64,000 nucleotides of DNA from the human T2T-CHM13v2.0 reference genome, Homo sapiens, in NCBI RefSeq assembly GCF_009914755.1, contig NC_060925.1; one strand, given 5' to 3'. Below the pieces are notes generated by a model. That model did not search any database, was not told where the DNA came from, and worked only from the letters and a program-made list of their open reading frames with translations. Shown here piece after piece: positions 60,949 through 64,000 of the stretch (positions are counted from its first letter, which is position 1; each line of letters opens with the position of its first letter). The translations under genes and the position numbers were made by a program.

Positions 60949-62517
60949 CTGAAAAAGGCATTTGCTATTATAAGCCCAGTAACGATTCACAAATTTGAAA
61001 GAGAAAAATCCTAAAATTCATCTCCCCATATAGGTTTTAAAATCCTAGGATGATTCTTCCTTATTTGTAACCAGTAGAAACCACTTTTTTAAATATTATA
61101 TGAATCACATAAAGTTTTTTTAATTCTGAAATTTCCAGAAGCGCTAATTTTCTAAATTATCTCCTATACCTTTTACCTTACATATAGACTCTGATCATTT
61201 AAAAACCAGATATTCTTATGGAAGTATTAAAACGATTAAAACTTCATCTGAGATAAACAGAATTCATCTGATCATTTTTAGTGAACTCCTTGTATTACTG
61301 ACTTACAATCACTTATACTTTTTATTAATCTGTGACAAAGTGAATTAAGCCTGTGACACATGGCAGCAGGTAAGCAGGCTCGTTTTTCTAATTAAAAACA
61401 ATTCTCGAGTAAGAGTAAGTCCAAACAGCAGAATAATCCAGTCCAAATATTTGCTGAGTATCTACTAGGTGCCAGACACTGCTGTTCAAAATTTAGATCT
61501 ATTATAGTTTCTCAGGCAACTCCTGACAGAGTATGTCCTATTCTTTTATAAAGCCATTCCCAGTCCCTGCTAGGGATCAACATGATTAACTTAATCCCTA
61601 CCGAAGATGAGCTGTATTCAAACCGTTTAAATATAATCAACAGATCTAGTCAAAATTGTCTGTGAACTCAAGGAAACACGTACAAGCAACCTTACAGTTT
61701 AAATACTAATTACCTACTACTTACTAAATATACTACTAAATAAACAAATATGGTAAAACAAATCTATCTAAACCACTCCAGGGCGCTTTAAAGAAATACA
61801 CTCCTCAGAAGTCTTTAATTGTAGTTAAAACAACATATAAAACACTGAAACTAAGTATTATATTTTTATAGTTATTACATGGTCAGGGGTCATACTTTAG
61901 AGCAATAAAAACATAATAGTTTCTTTCTACACAAATTAAAAAATATATTTTGAAATGCATTAGTGCTATAGGTCCAAGTAACCACTAAAGTAGAAATTAG
62001 AATTCTGCTAAGTAACCACTAAAGCAGAAATCAGAATTGTATCTTTTGTGTCAGAAATTAGATTTTTAATGTGAACTGCTTCTGTGCCCATTTAATGAAG
62101 AAACTGGTTGACTAGACGAACAATGTCAATATTTAAGACAGTGCATGCAAGAAGGGGCACCTCAGCTATCACGTACAGGTACAGCAGAGAATAAAAGATC
62201 TGCATTTAAAGCACTCTTGTGCCTAAGAAAAAGTGACAGTGAACATGAGTCCAGGAAGGGCAGTCCAGGACACTGGCTGTTACCAGCTATGAACTAATAT
62301 CTAAGCCAAATGGATCCACTGGGGGCGGGGTCTGTAGTGGAGAGGGTTCCTGAGCTTCCAGTTAAATACTATTACACAAAGGTCCACCATATCAATTTGG
62401 GGAAAGATGAATAAATGGTTCTTTCTTTTTTCAAGTAAAGTGGCTCTTATGGTCATCTCATATTACAAAGAAAACAAAAATTCACTTAAACTTCATCTGC
62501 AATAACTGACAACTCAC

Positions 62518-62628
62518 CTCATCTTTCTCATTCTTTAGTAGCTGATGCAAATTCCTGTTCTTACATTGTAACTGTCTGTCTCTTTCCTGAAGCCCAATCA
62601 TTTCCCTCCTGGAGGTTTCCAGTTGTTC
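62518..62628 (-). CDS. SSX2IP: SSX2IP coding exon (111 nt), most 5' exon recognised in the window
   Basis: ttttAG acceptor, GTGAGT donor; [37 protein letters not shown] (too short for the ORF track). Confidence 0.95.
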
Positions 62629-64000
62629 CTAAAACATTTATAAGCAATTTTGCTTAAAATTAATAAAGGATTTAGAATAACTGAATCCTTAAAAGATCAG
62701 TAACAAGAAGTTATACATCCTAGTGTTTATTAGTCAAAATCAAATGTTAGTGGCACATGAAATGTTTATTTAAAGGAATTATTACAAAGCACACTATAAA
62801 ATAACATTTAAACTTACACATCAAATTTTAATCTACATATCAAATTTTGTACACATATACAAAAGTGCTTCAAAATGGATCCCTGGAAAGAGCATCACTC
62901 CATGATGCTGCCCCTGAATATTTTTAAAGTTTATTTTTAATACTTTTTAACACTTCTATACCACACTTTTGAAGATCTCCTCAAGTACAGCAATGTCATC
63001 ATCCTTCGAGAGTATACTTGGCTTTGAAAAAGAAGCAAAAGTGATTTGGAGCTAAGTCTGAAGAAAAAGATGGGTGACCAAGCAAAGTGGCAACACATCA
63101 AGTCACAGAAATGGGACTTCTGTGTGACACCACTTCTCCCTGCAAGTGGTAAAGTCTCTGAAGGTACTTCCCAGAGCGGAATGGCAGCAAAGCCAGAATT
63201 AGTATGAAACAAGATGCTCCTTTTCAACTTATCGCATCTGAGGAACTGTGCCGAGTTCTGCATGAGGCCACCCATATGGAATATTTTTAAAATTGTACTA
63301 ATATTTTTATAAAATTCAAAAGCCAATCAAATTATGTCTTAACCGACCATAAATAATAACTTGCACAATTTCTGTAAGAACAGATCTCAAGAAGGTACAG
63401 AAAATGTAGGAGTATAACCTGGATAACTCTAAGGTTGTCAGTTTTTGGCACCCTTTTTTTTTGAATGTGTAAAACTTACTACTAGGGTAGATCAGTTGGC
63501 ATGACATAACTTACAGGCACTAGGCCAGGTGATATGTAGCATATATGTCAAATCAGAAATTCACTCAGCATGATTATCAACACTTTACCTGAACTCAGCA
63601 CCACCCCTGAACATCTGCACACACCCCTCCTTCCTTTCTTAGTGAATCACATCGCCATCCTCAGTAACTCAAGGCAGAAACCTGAATGGGGTCTTGAATC
63701 CATGACCCCTAGTCTCCAATTCAATTTTTCATAAAATCCTACCCATTCTACTTCTTAAGTGTTCGTCAGATCTCAATCTTACTTACTATTCCCATTAGCA
63801 CTACCTTAGTTCAAGTCCAAAACCTCAGCAAAGGGTCGCTAACAGGCATCTTTATCACCAGGGCTTTCTGAGCCCCCTAACTCCATCCCAAATACAAGTC
63901 TGCAATTCCCCTATAATTTCTCCACCCCACTGCCAGAATATTTACACATTGTCTTCCTCCTGTTTACAACTCCTCAGTGCTTCCCTGTTTTTGTACAATT

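Noticed and set aside
62316-62330. CTCF-like CCACTGGGGGCGGGG
   Set aside because: The spacing lacks the core AG, so it is a weak match.
62937-63326. 129-aa minus-strand ORF as an extra SSX2IP exon or retrogene
   Set aside because: It does not match the recalled SSX2IP sequence or any family I recognise, and no convincing splice boundaries, poly(A) tail or TSD were found.

Overview
Primate (human-like) genomic DNA. The right third (about 40-63 kb) holds the 3' part of SSX2IP (ADIP) on the minus strand. Ten coding exons were traced by hand with GT-AG boundaries and consistent phases. They encode the C-terminal part of the protein ([10 protein letters not shown]...HVEKDDLP*) and are followed by a long AT-rich 3' UTR; the upstream exons lie beyond the window. 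The left two thirds are intergenic and repeat-rich. They contain a defective 9-kb class I ERV provirus (tRNA-Pro PBS) with nested LTR22-like, THE1 and Alu insertions, a CpG island at about 17.0-17.6 kb with two co-oriented CTCF-like motifs, many solo LTRs with target-site duplications, an L1 3' end, DNA-transposon fossils and more than 25 Alus. I cannot support a new multi-gene system here. The most unusual unexplained structures are: (i) a 109-nt near-perfect hairpin in the last SSX2IP intron that begins where an Alu is truncated, whose mismatches become G-U pairs on the transcribed strand; (ii) a 48-bp inverted copy of a MER21-like LTR core-promoter segment placed beside its source; and (iii) an Alu insertion that removed the TATA box of the proviral 3' LTR without making a TSD. 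Repeat family names come from recalled consensus sequences, not a database search.
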